NCBI GenBank assembly: GCA_964498605.1
Contig: CAZCHK010000003.1
Coordinates: 13,621 to 77,620, forward strand
Length of the DNA: 64,000 nt
From: an uncultured Anaerolineaceae bacterium
Lineage (GTDB): Bacteria > Chloroflexota > Anaerolineae > Anaerolineales > Anaerolineaceae
Direction: 5' to 3'
The notes below the pieces were generated by a model, which was not told the DNA's origin, did not search any database, and saw only the letters and a program-made list of their open reading frames with translations. Positions 51,780-61,343 of this stretch are shown here, in pieces. The position numbers and the translations under genes are program-made. Positions within the stretch are counted from its first letter, which is position 1. Each line of letters begins with the position of its first letter.

Positions 51780-53651
51780 ATGAGGATTTGTGCGCGAAAA
51801 CTTGTACAGGCCACATCCGTGCTGATCGGCCTTCTCGTGCTGCTTTCGATCCCGGCATCAGGCCTGGCGGCCAATCCGCCCGACAGCACCATCGCCATCG
51901 CCTCCCTGAAAACAGATGATTTCCCGCTCATGCGTTTGCGGTTCACTCCGCGCGCGGCGGACAGAACCGTTGTGAAAAATCTTACCATCGATGATGTATA
52001 TTTGATCGAAGACGGCCTCGAGCGTGTCCTTGAACGCATGGCGCTCATCGAACCCGGCCTCCAGGTGATCATTGCCCTCAATCCCGGCGAGGCGATCAAC
52101 TACTACGTCGGCGGGACGACCCGCTACGCCAATCTGCGTGCCGCGCTACAGTCATTTCTATCGGCGCAGGCAGATCGCGATAAGGATGATTTCAGCCTGG
52201 TGATCGCGTCCGAAGCACTGGCCGCGCGCGCTGGCGATCCTGCCGAGATCAGCTCTCTGCTGGCAGATTACAATCCCGCCTGGGCGGCGATGACCCCCTC
52301 GCTGGACAGCCTCAGCGCAGCGCTGGACCTGTGCAACACACCAAATCCGCGCGCGGACATGCAGCGCGTCATTCTCTACATCACGCCCATCAGCGGGGAA
52401 AACACTCTCGCGGATCTGAGAATGTTGACCCATCGCGCGGTCAGCGCCGGCGTGCGCGTCTTTGTGTGGCTGGTGGCATACAACACATCCCAATCCTCGC
52501 CTGAGACTGCCGCGCTGGAAGAGCTGGCCCATCGCACGAACGGGGAATTCTTCTTCTACACGGGCGTGGAATCCCTGCCGGATCCGGATGCCTGGTTTGA
52601 ACCCTGGCGAAGTTTCTATTCCGCGGAGTACCTATCCGCCATTGACGAAAGCGGGACGCACAGCCTCGTGATCGGCACGCGGGATGAGGGTGGTAGCATC
52701 CAATCCGCTCCAATTACATTCGATCTAAACATCCAGGCACCCATCGCCAGTTTCGTCAACCCGCCCCAAAGCATCATCCGCACGCAGGTGGCAAACCAGC
52801 CGCTGGAAGAACTGCGCCTGGATTATCTGATACAATTTCCCGACGGTTATGCCCGCGAGATCCGCAGCGTCAGCCTGCTGGTGGACGGCGAGCAAACCCT
52901 GACGGATATCGATGAACCCTTTGATCAGTTTCTTTGGTCCCCCCCTGCCGATCCGCTGGCCGAATCTCACACGCTTCAGCTTCGCGTCACGGACAGCCTG
53001 GGGCTCACCTCGAACAGTCCTGTGGTCGACATCGCCATCGAGCTGCAAACAGCCGCTCGCACCATGGTACAGCAGTGGTTCGCCAGTTTCAGGGGGACGC
53101 GCTTGATCATCTTCATCGCGGTTGTCCTTTCGGCTGCCGCGCTGGTCACCGTACTGGTCCTGTCCAGCCGCGGGTATCGTCTCCGTCTTGGAAAAAGGCC
53201 TTCCCGGAAAGATCAGCGCGACCCGCTCAAGCAGCAGGTGCCCATTGGGATCGAGCCGGAGAAAAAGACCTCCCCCCCCATGATCAAACCTCCCCTTGCC
53301 GGCAACAGCAGCTACGCCCAACTCGTGCCGCTGACCAGCGTCGGGCAAACCAACGCCCTGATCAAACCTTTTCCGTTATCACGCGCAGAGCACGTGATCG
53401 GATCGGATGCCAAGCTGGTCGACATCCTGGTCAAGTCGACCAGCGTGGAGCCCGTTCATTCCCGCATCACGTACAAAGGCGAGTCGGGTGTCTTTGTGGC
53501 TGACTGCCGCACCAAAACAGGCACCTGGGTGAATTACGCGCCCGTCTCAGAAGCAGGTACGCGCCTGGAACACAATGACATCGTTTCATTTGGGAAGATC
53601 GCCTACCGCTTTGAGCTGATCCGCCAGCCAGCCGGAAGCAACCCGATCTGA
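51780..53651 (+). CDS. Membrane protein: signal peptide, extracytoplasmic vWA-like region, one TM helix, cytoplasmic FHA domain
   Basis: Signal sequence LLVLLSIPASGLA, TM LIIFIAVVLSAAALVTVLVL, and C-terminal FHA-like HVIGSDAKLVDILVKSTSVEPVHSRITY...TGTWVNYAPV...NDIVSFG. Confidence 0.7.
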   Translation: MRICARKLVQATSVLIGLLVLLSIPASGLAANPPDSTIAIASLKTDDFPLMRLRFTPRAADRTVVKNLTIDDVYLIEDGLERVLERMALIEPGLQVIIALNPGEAINYYVGGTTRYANLRAALQSFLSAQADRDKDDFSLVIASEALAARAGDPAEISSLLADYNPAWAAMTPSLDSLSAALDLCNTPNPRADMQRVILYITPISGENTLADLRMLTHRAVSAGVRVFVWLVAYNTSQSSPETAALEELAHRTNGEFFFYTGVESLPDPDAWFEPWRSFYSAEYLSAIDESGTHSLVIGTRDEGGSIQSAPITFDLNIQAPIASFVNPPQSIIRTQVANQPLEELRLDYLIQFPDGYAREIRSVSLLVDGEQTLTDIDEPFDQFLWSPPADPLAESHTLQLRVTDSLGLTSNSPVVDIAIELQTAARTMVQQWFASFRGTRLIIFIAVVLSAAALVTVLVLSSRGYRLRLGKRPSRKDQRDPLKQQVPIGIEPEKKTSPPMIKPPLAGNSSYAQLVPLTSVGQTNALIKPFPLSRAEHVIGSDAKLVDILVKSTSVEPVHSRITYKGESGVFVADCRTKTGTWVNYAPVSEAGTRLEHNDIVSFGKIAYRFELIRQPAGSNPI

Positions 53652-53658
53652 AAACCTC

Positions 53659-54459
53659 ATGAAGAAAACCATCCAATCCCCTTACCCGGTCCATGCCGCG
53701 ACGCATGCCGGGATGAGCGGAAAATCCAACGAGGACGCGTTTGGTTACCGTGTTTTCGCGCGAGACGGCCGGGCTCCTGCCCTGGCATGCGTCGTGGCGG
53801 ACGGCATCGGCGGGCACCGCGCCGGGGAAGTGGCGTCTGCCATGGCTGTTGAGTCCATCCTGGATCACCTATCCCAAATTCCCGAAAGGAAACCGATCAC
53901 CCTGTGCCGACACGCGGTCGAACACGCCAGCGAAACGATCCTCCGGCGGGGCAGGGAGAATTGTCAACAATCAGGTATGGGCACGACCTGCGCGCTGATA
54001 TGGCTTCAGGAGCGCAGGCTCTTCACCGCCCACCTGGGAGACTCTCGAATATACCTGTATCGAAGCAGCAGGTTGTCCCAGCTGAGCACCGACCATTCCT
54101 GGGTACAGGATGCCATTGAAAATGGATTGTTGGACCCCGGCACCGGTCGCGATCACCCCCACGCTCATATCATCCGGCGCTACCTTGGCTCCGATCCGCC
54201 TTCAGAAGTGGACTGCCGCATGCGGTCTCCCTCCCGTCCCGGATCATGCCCGCACGAACCCAGGCGGGGCCTCGCGCTGAAACAGGACGACCTCGTGCTG
54301 GTCTGCTCTGACGGTCTGACCGACATGATCACGGATGAGGAAATTGAAAAAATACTGGGCGAGAACAAACCGCGCGCAGCGTGCAGTAAATTGATCGCGG
54401 CGGCCAATGCGCGTGGCGGCTTCGACAACATCACGGTGCTTCTCGTGCAGGTTCCTTAG
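53659..54459 (+). CDS. PP2C-family Ser/Thr phosphatase
   Basis: NEDAF, VADGIGGH, GDSRIY, CSDGLTD and FDNITVL motifs are all present. Confidence 0.88.
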   Translation: MKKTIQSPYPVHAATHAGMSGKSNEDAFGYRVFARDGRAPALACVVADGIGGHRAGEVASAMAVESILDHLSQIPERKPITLCRHAVEHASETILRRGRENCQQSGMGTTCALIWLQERRLFTAHLGDSRIYLYRSSRLSQLSTDHSWVQDAIENGLLDPGTGRDHPHAHIIRRYLGSDPPSEVDCRMRSPSRPGSCPHEPRRGLALKQDDLVLVCSDGLTDMITDEEIEKILGENKPRAACSKLIAAANARGGFDNITVLLVQVP

Positions 54460-55445
54460 CCCGTTCCCTGCTGACCGAATTTTCGCTTGCTGTTCTCCAG
54501 CACTTTTTTTGCCGCAGCGGATGACCGCTCAACATGGCCGATCTCCATCGCCAGAATCACCGCGCCTGCAGCGGGAGGAACATCAAGAAGGGAAAATCGT
54601 GCCTTCGGGCCTTCCTGTTTCACCACGCATTGGAACGGCTGGGTGTAAAGAGCGCCCCCGTTGAACATGCTGCCCATCATGACCACATCGAACTCTTCCC
54701 CGCCAAGCGCAAGCTTGCGGATCACGCCGGCTGCCATGCTGCCCAGCTCCTGCGCTGCCCAGGTGACGCAGTCCCGGGCCACCTCGTCCCCATCTTCCGC
54801 CAGGCGGAAGACTTCCGGTGCACTTCCCGCGTCCAGCGCGAGTCTCCCCTGCGACAGGCCTTCCAGCAGGTTCTCAATGTCTTTTGCGCCTGCCAGTCGA
54901 ACGAATGCCTCTGTCAGCCTCGTCGCCGGTCCCCTCCTGCCCCATTCCAGCGCGATGGATTGGACGGCTTTGAGCACCAGCGACCCCGCCCCCCCGTGTT
55001 CGGCAAACCAGGCTCCACCGCCGGTCATGTGCGCGAAGTCTCCATCGGCGTTCCTGCCCCAGCAGTTGTCTCCTGTTCCCGCGTCCACCGCCACCCCCCA
55101 TCCCGCACGTGTTCCTGCATACAGCCCCAGCACGGCATCGTTGACCAGCTTCACCGGAGCGGTGATGCCCGTCCCGCGAACCGCCTCCATGTGGGACGGC
55201 TCCTCGGAAGGCCAATCCAGTCCTGCCAGCCCGTATCCGGCAGCGCTGATCTGGCTCAAGGCTATTTCCGCCTGATCCAGAGCCTGTTGGGTGGCCTGCC
55301 CCAGGGCCTGCATGGTTCCCGGGAAACCCACGGATTCGTGATTGCCGGGTCCGCTCAGGCCAATCCCGATGATATTCCCCTGCCCATCAGCGATCATCGC
55401 TTGGGTCTTGGTGCCGCCGACATCGCACCCGAGGTAGTATTTCAT
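54456..55445 (-). CDS. BadF/BadG/BcrA/BcrD-type ATPase (N-acetylglucosamine kinase-like)
   Basis: MKYYLGCDVGGTKTQAMIAD ASKHA phosphate-1 motif and a DAGTGDN-like second motif. Confidence 0.8.
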   Translation of the reverse strand: MKYYLGCDVGGTKTQAMIADGQGNIIGIGLSGPGNHESVGFPGTMQALGQATQQALDQAEIALSQISAAGYGLAGLDWPSEEPSHMEAVRGTGITAPVKLVNDAVLGLYAGTRAGWGVAVDAGTGDNCWGRNADGDFAHMTGGGAWFAEHGGAGSLVLKAVQSIALEWGRRGPATRLTEAFVRLAGAKDIENLLEGLSQGRLALDAGSAPEVFRLAEDGDEVARDCVTWAAQELGSMAAGVIRKLALGGEEFDVVMMGSMFNGGALYTQPFQCVVKQEGPKARFSLLDVPPAAGAVILAMEIGHVERSSAAAKKVLENSKRKFGQQGTG

Positions 55446-55464
55446 ATCGCCCGCGCTCTTTTCA

Positions 55465-56352
55465 TCACGGCATGATCTGCTGCAGTGTCTTGTAACTGGC
55501 CAGCGTGATGCCCAGATCTTTGATCAATTTTTTGAGATCCTCGCGCATGAGGATATGGTAATCCTCCACCCGGCAGCGCCAATCCGGACAGATCGCCCGC
55601 AGTTCGGGGGTATCCTGGGCGGGATGGGCGTAGATGCGGGAAATGCCGCAGGGAAGGTTTTTCAGAATATCAATATATTTTTCATAACGCTGATCGGTTT
55701 CCTGTAAATTGACCCAGAACAGGCCATCGTGCAGAGGGACACCCATTTCCTCCAGCGTTCCCATGAATTGGGCGGCCATCTTCGCCGACTCCGGGTCCGC
55801 TCCCTGGACTACCCAGCCTGCCTCGTCCAGCCTCACTGCCAGCGGCACGAGGTGATGACTGACCCCCAGCTGCACGTAATTGACCAGGATCTTTGGATTC
55901 AGCACGGTGCCCATGTGCGTATCGATGTGCGAGGCGTGAATACCTGCTTGCTTTACCCTGAGGATCTGCGCCTCCATCTCCTGGCGGGCAGCGTCCGCGT
56001 CACATCCAGCCCAAACCGCGTCGTTGCCCCGGAAGAAATAACCTTCATCGTCGATCAATCCCGTTGCGGGATCGACGGTCGAGATGGGTCCCCAGCGGTA
56101 GTGATCCCATTCGCAGGTGAGCGTGATGTGCACACCCAGGTCCATGGACTGGGATTTTTGCCACATGGCCGCCGCGCCGCGAAACCACCCGCAGGGAGCC
56201 ATGACCGCGCCCGAGGTGACCAATCCGAAATCATGCAGCTCTCCGAACGCGGACAGGGTTGCCTGGCACATCCCGATGTCATCAGCGTGGATGATGAGGA
56301 TCCTGTCTTGATTTGAAAGGCCGATCTTTTTCATGGCGGGGTTTGGGTTCAT
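55465..56352 (-). CDS. YdjC/ChbG-family carbohydrate deacetylase
   Basis: LIIHADDIGMCQATLSAFGEL and HIDTHMG motifs. Start uncertain (56352 or 56331). Confidence 0.8.
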   Translation of the reverse strand: MNPNPAMKKIGLSNQDRILIIHADDIGMCQATLSAFGELHDFGLVTSGAVMAPCGWFRGAAAMWQKSQSMDLGVHITLTCEWDHYRWGPISTVDPATGLIDDEGYFFRGNDAVWAGCDADAARQEMEAQILRVKQAGIHASHIDTHMGTVLNPKILVNYVQLGVSHHLVPLAVRLDEAGWVVQGADPESAKMAAQFMGTLEEMGVPLHDGLFWVNLQETDQRYEKYIDILKNLPCGISRIYAHPAQDTPELRAICPDWRCRVEDYHILMREDLKKLIKDLGITLASYKTLQQIMP

Positions 56353-56453
56353 TTCAGCTCCTGCTTCTTTATGCATATTGTAGCAACAATCTGATGACCG
56401 AAGAATAAAAAGCGGGAGAGGAAAAACCTCTCCCGCTGCCAAATCTTCACTTT

Positions 56454-57011
56454 CTACATCAGGAAATGGACCGCCGGGGTGAAGTAATAGTATGAACCTC
56501 TTCCCAGTAGATCGGCCAGGTTCGTGCCGAGCGCCATCAAGACAAGGAACACGATCAGGCTCACCACGACTCCCAGGAGGATGCCGAACAACCAGGACAC
56601 CAGCCAGATGAGCGCGCCTTTACCAAAGCTCACCTTGTACATCCACATCGCCATCAGGATGGTGATAACGATCCCGACCAGCCCGCTGATGATACCCGGC
56701 ACCAGCAGCATCCCCAGCGATCCGCTCAAACGGCTGAAGAAAGAAGGAAAATCGTTGATTGAACCGAGATTCGCAAACGCCATGCTTCCAAAGAGCGCGC
56801 TGATGATGCCGCCCACGATGCTGTTGGCAATCATGCTGAGCACGCCCGTGCCGAAGGCTTTCCAGTAATTGCGGCCCTCGATCTTCAGGATGGCTGCGGA
56901 GATCAGGAACGGCAGGGGTATGAAAACGAATAATGACAGTAAGAATAAACCGCAGCACAGCAGGATCGCAACGACCCCGCCCCCCATGATGGTACCAAAA
57001 AGATTATCCAT
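56454..57011 (-). CDS. Polytopic membrane protein, paralogue of 57060-57482
   Basis: Shares IPLPFLISAAILKIEGRNYWKAFGTGVLSMIANS and MWMYKVSFGKGALIWL blocks with its neighbour. Confidence 0.5.
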   Translation of the reverse strand: MDNLFGTIMGGGVVAILLCCGLFLLSLFVFIPLPFLISAAILKIEGRNYWKAFGTGVLSMIANSIVGGIISALFGSMAFANLGSINDFPSFFSRLSGSLGMLLVPGIISGLVGIVITILMAMWMYKVSFGKGALIWLVSWLFGILLGVVVSLIVFLVLMALGTNLADLLGRGSYYYFTPAVHFLM

Positions 57012-57059
57012 TGACTCTTCTCCTCTAATAAATTTTTCCGTGCCGGTCAGGGCACGCGA

Positions 57060-57482
57060 TCACAACTTGATGAACAAATAATACAATCCGATCACGAGCA
57101 GGTTCATCGGCAGCGCCAGCAGCCACAGAATGACTCCCTTCTTCCAGTTGACTTCATAGATCCACAAGCTGAGCAGTGAAACAATGAACATGTGCAGGAT
57201 GGGGATCGCCACCAGCGCGATGATCTGGGCTATCTCGGCGTTTCCGTTTTTCCCGGCCAGCCAGTAGATGAACGCTCCTGCCGCAGCGCTGGCGAGCATG
57301 CTCAGCAGGGACAGGCCAAACGCCCGCCAGTAGCTGCGGGCACTGAACTTCAGGATTTTCGCGCTGAAAAAGTAGGGCAGGGGAAACAGTCCAAAAAGAC
57401 CCAGGAGCACCAGAATGCACAGCACCCCCACCGCCACAGCGCCGAGACTGTTCAATAGACTCATGATCGCTCCTGTCTGCAT
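57060..57482 (-). CDS. Polytopic membrane protein, paralogue of 56454-57011
   Basis: FPLPYFFSAKILKFSARSYWRAFGLSLLSMLASA and LWIYEVNWKKGVILWL blocks. Confidence 0.5.
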   Translation of the reverse strand: MQTGAIMSLLNSLGAVAVGVLCILVLLGLFGLFPLPYFFSAKILKFSARSYWRAFGLSLLSMLASAAAGAFIYWLAGKNGNAEIAQIIALVAIPILHMFIVSLLSLWIYEVNWKKGVILWLLALPMNLLVIGLYYLFIKL

Positions 57483-57563
57483 GTATTTGAGATCAAGTTT
57501 ACCCTGGGATCTCCAATGCTTAAAAATTCTATCATAAATTGACCATTATAATAATATCTATTC

Positions 57564-59135
57564 ATGAAGTTCAAACGCTCTCTTCACTTTTTCGTCGCAT
57601 TTATCATCGCCCTGGCCGCGGTGCTATCCTCATGCGGGCAGAGCGCTCTCATAACCCCTTCCCCCGCCATCACACAGGAATCATCTCAAACGCCTTCATC
57701 AACACTCGCGCCAACAGCAGCTCCCACCCCGATGCCCAGTCCGACTCCAACCCTGCCGTATTTTGGCGGGGGTATGCTGACATTGGCTCAAAAGCAGCGC
57801 CTCGCGCAAACCTCCCTGGAGTTCACCGCGTCGACTGAAGCCGACGCCATCCAGGTGGCGCGCTCATTGAAATTCCTGGTCAATGAAGGTCACCCCGCCA
57901 GCATGTGCGGACCACTCTCGATCGCAATCCTTCAAAGGGCCGGACTGCTCGATCCGGCCGTGGACCGCCACCTCTTTTGGAAGCTCAATCCGCGCCCGGA
58001 TGTAGATCTGCCATTGCTGGAGGCGACCTTTCCCCGCTCCAGCTACGAGTGGATATCCGTGCGCGCGCCCATCCAGCAGTTTGATTTCGCTGCCAGCCCT
58101 CTTTATCCGGGCGACCTCCTCTACCTGTATGCCGGTGACGCGGGATCCTTCGAGCACGTTCTGGTGGTCACCCGCGTGGACGAAGAAGGTCGCGCTTTCT
58201 CCGTGAACAATCACCAGACCAATGATGGCTACCTCATCTCCGAATTGATGCTGTATGATCCAACTCAACCCGGAATTGGAGCTTTCTATGATTGGACCAA
58301 TCGCGAACTGTGGAGGCTTGGTCTGACCGGTTTCGGGGGATTTGATCTCTGGCGTCCTTCCCGCCCCATCAGCGACCCGACTGTAGAGCAGTCCGCGCTC
58401 CAAAGCTCCTGGCAGAGTGTCATGGATTCAACTGGCGGTCGCTGGAACATTCTCTTCAAGGAGATCGGCGGGGAAACGCATTACGCGCGGTTGGAAAACG
58501 AGTCGCTGCACCCAGCCTCAACCATTAAAGTTCCCATCGCCATGCTTTTCTTCCAGGCGCTGCTGCAGTCAGGGGTCACCGATCTGCAGGGGTATATCAG
58601 CACGCACGCCATCGACAATCGTCCCGTCGAAGAGCTGCTGCGCTCCATGCTGGTCTTCTCAGAAGAGGATGCCACGCAGATCCTGATGAGCTGGAGCGTG
58701 AAATACGTGAATTTTGAGAAAGTCTTCCACTCCTGGGGGATCGATCGCACCATGCTCACCCCGCGGCGCAGCACCGTCCTGGAGATCGCCAGGTTCCTGG
58801 AAGTGCTCTACACGGGTGAAGCGCTCACCCCGGACGCCCGCGGCATCATCCTGGACCTGCTGGCGGAACGCACCACCAACGACGATTTGCGCCTGGGCAG
58901 CCTGCAGAAGATGTTGGGCAGTACCGGTTTGGTGTATAACAAGCGCGGCACGATGACCGCTGACTGGCTGATCGTCGCTGACGCTGCGATCATCACCTAC
59001 AACGAAAAAGCCTATGTGCTGGTGATGATCGGCCAACCCGCGTACAATGAGTCCAGTCCCACCTACGAGCAGCTCGAAGCAGCCTTTACCGAGATGGTTC
59101 CCCCGCTGTGGGAATTCCTGCAGGCAGACCAGTGA
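57564..59135 (+). CDS. Lipoprotein: papain-fold Cys/His domain (C39/CHAP-like guess) fused to a class A beta-lactamase-like serine hydrolase domain
   Basis: Lipobox VLSSCG. N-domain has ASMCGPLSIAIL...GSFEHVLVV. C-domain has SxxK (PASTIKVPIAM) and a KRG triad variant (YNKRGTM). Confidence 0.65.
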   Translation: MKFKRSLHFFVAFIIALAAVLSSCGQSALITPSPAITQESSQTPSSTLAPTAAPTPMPSPTPTLPYFGGGMLTLAQKQRLAQTSLEFTASTEADAIQVARSLKFLVNEGHPASMCGPLSIAILQRAGLLDPAVDRHLFWKLNPRPDVDLPLLEATFPRSSYEWISVRAPIQQFDFAASPLYPGDLLYLYAGDAGSFEHVLVVTRVDEEGRAFSVNNHQTNDGYLISELMLYDPTQPGIGAFYDWTNRELWRLGLTGFGGFDLWRPSRPISDPTVEQSALQSSWQSVMDSTGGRWNILFKEIGGETHYARLENESLHPASTIKVPIAMLFFQALLQSGVTDLQGYISTHAIDNRPVEELLRSMLVFSEEDATQILMSWSVKYVNFEKVFHSWGIDRTMLTPRRSTVLEIARFLEVLYTGEALTPDARGIILDLLAERTTNDDLRLGSLQKMLGSTGLVYNKRGTMTADWLIVADAAIITYNEKAYVLVMIGQPAYNESSPTYEQLEAAFTEMVPPLWEFLQADQ

Positions 59136-59147
59136 CAAGGGACCATC

Positions 59148-61247
59148 ATGACCCATAGAAAATCCATCCTGCGGCTTCTGTCGTTCCTCCTGCTTTGCCC
59201 TTGCCTGATGGCCGGCCTGGCAGGTTGCCAGGCGCAGCCTTCGGCCACCTACCCGACCAACACGTACGCCTTTGAACTGCCCACCGCCACGTTGAGCTTG
59301 AGCACGCCTGGACCCGTGGAGACCCTCCCGGCAGAGGATCCAACGCTCACACCCACCGCGCTGATCGTTCCGACGCGCGCTCTTCCGGAAAGTTTCAATT
59401 GGAAGGAGATGCCCGCCCAGCCCCAGATCAGCCAGACTGCCGTGCAGATCTACATGTCCGGCATTGCCCGGGGACGCGATCCGCGCAACATTTCCGTGGT
59501 GGGTGACTGCCAGGCGATCCCATACGTCTTCCTGGGCAAGTACGGCATCCGGCAGTACACGCTGGATGCTGAATACTACCTGGAAGAAATGATCTCGTTC
59601 TACCGCCCTTCGTTTGCCCGCGAGGGGTATGCCGTGCGCGGTGGCTTCACCGCGGCTTCGGTCTTCTCCCCCGCCCAGGCAGACCCCGCGGCCTGCATGC
59701 CCGGTGAGACACCGCTGGACTGCGAATGGCGCATCCAGAATCCCAGCATCGCATTCATCAACATGGAAACCTGGCAGATTGATGGCACGGTTGACCGCTA
59801 TGAGGCTTACCTGCGCCGCATCGTGGAGTTCAGCATTTCCCGCGGCACGCTGCCCATCCTGATCACCAAGGCGGACATGGCGGAAGCCAAAACCCCGGTC
59901 ATCAACCCGGCCATGGCGCGCGTGGCGTACGAGTACGATGTTCCCCTGGTCAACTTCTGGCAATCAGCCCAGTTCCTGGAGAACCGCGGCATCGATCCGC
60001 AGCGGGAAGGTTTTCACCTGACCGAGGCAGGGTACGATCTGAAACAGAAACTGGCCCTGCTTATCCTGTACGACCTGTGGACCCGGGTGCGTCCGGACAC
60101 GCTGGAGATCCAGCAGGAGAACACGGATCTGATCCCGGCGCCGCAAAGCGGCAGTGATCGCGCCAACCCACCCACGCTCACCTTCCACTGCGGCGGGAAC
60201 TGCGTGTATTTCGACCTGTACCAAACTTCGAACGATGGCGTGCGTTCGGCGGGGATCTATGAACTGGATATCGAAACCTCGCAGCTGCGTTTGATCTCCA
60301 GCCCGGGCATGATCCTGCAGGACACATCAGCAGATGGCCGGCAACTGTTGATCAGCTCATCCTCAGGGTTGTACATCGCGAGCCGTGATTCCAACACCCT
60401 GTCCTGGATCGCGGACGAGCTGTATGAACCAGGTTCTTCATCAGCCTATTTCGACACCTCCGGCAGATTCGTCACCGCCCTGCTTGGCAGTGGCGGACAG
60501 GCGCGCATCGCCCGTTTTGACCGCCAGGACCTGTCGCAGCCATCCATTTTGATCGAGGCCCCCTCCGCCATCCGCCTGATCACCTACCGTCCGCAGGACA
60601 GCTTCTACTGGCAAAGCGGCAGCTGCTCCGGCCTGGAATTCTGCCAGACGGAAGATTTATGGAAAACCGATCCCGCAACGGGTATGAGCGAAAGGATCGA
60701 CGATAAAGTGAACCTGGCCTTTTCCCCCGCGGGGACCGGCCTTGCCTTTCAGGACCCGCACTACACGCACGAAGCCAACGGGTTCCATAACCCGGTGTTG
60801 TTTTATGAAGATACCTTAGCCGGGATCACCTCGCGGCGCATGTTCCAGTTTGACCACCCCGGGGGATTCATGGTCCATCCGCAGGTCGCCGCGTACGCCT
60901 TCTCGCCGGACGGCAGCCGCATCTTCATCCTCTACGACCAGTACAGCGATTACTTCGAACGCTCCATGACGCTGATCTTCTACCTGGAAGACCTGCTCGC
61001 GCACCAGGTGCTCGCCGCAGGGAAAATGATCGGCGGTTACGGCAGCCTGATGCCGCTGGCTGTATGGTCACCGCAGGGTGACAGCGTGCTGCTTCTGTTT
61101 ACCAGCACCGGACAGGGAACATCCTACCAGCTGGAATTCTTTGAAAAGGACACGCTCAGATTGGCCTCGGAGCCATCCCTGCTGATTGAGCCTCTCATCC
61201 TGCAGGGGTATTCCTTTCCCCGCCATGCTTTCTGGGTCAATCCATGA
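59148..61247 (+). CDS. Lipoprotein: SGNH-like N-domain (GDC in place of GDS) + PD40/TolB-like beta-propeller
   Basis: Lipobox GLAGCQ. ISVVGDCQAIP, RGGFTAAS and EGFHLTEAGY resemble SGNH blocks I, II and V. C-terminal FSPAG/FSPDG/WSPQG repeats. Confidence 0.55.
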   Translation: MTHRKSILRLLSFLLLCPCLMAGLAGCQAQPSATYPTNTYAFELPTATLSLSTPGPVETLPAEDPTLTPTALIVPTRALPESFNWKEMPAQPQISQTAVQIYMSGIARGRDPRNISVVGDCQAIPYVFLGKYGIRQYTLDAEYYLEEMISFYRPSFAREGYAVRGGFTAASVFSPAQADPAACMPGETPLDCEWRIQNPSIAFINMETWQIDGTVDRYEAYLRRIVEFSISRGTLPILITKADMAEAKTPVINPAMARVAYEYDVPLVNFWQSAQFLENRGIDPQREGFHLTEAGYDLKQKLALLILYDLWTRVRPDTLEIQQENTDLIPAPQSGSDRANPPTLTFHCGGNCVYFDLYQTSNDGVRSAGIYELDIETSQLRLISSPGMILQDTSADGRQLLISSSSGLYIASRDSNTLSWIADELYEPGSSSAYFDTSGRFVTALLGSGGQARIARFDRQDLSQPSILIEAPSAIRLITYRPQDSFYWQSGSCSGLEFCQTEDLWKTDPATGMSERIDDKVNLAFSPAGTGLAFQDPHYTHEANGFHNPVLFYEDTLAGITSRRMFQFDHPGGFMVHPQVAAYAFSPDGSRIFILYDQYSDYFERSMTLIFYLEDLLAHQVLAAGKMIGGYGSLMPLAVWSPQGDSVLLLFTSTGQGTSYQLEFFEKDTLRLASEPSLLIEPLILQGYSFPRHAFWVNP

Positions 61248-61343
61248 AAGGGTTATCATTTTTGTTATCTTAGACCAAATTGGTATAGTTTTTCACGTAA
61301 TCTGCTATCATTATTACAATCTCAATTCCGGAGGAGAGTTCGC

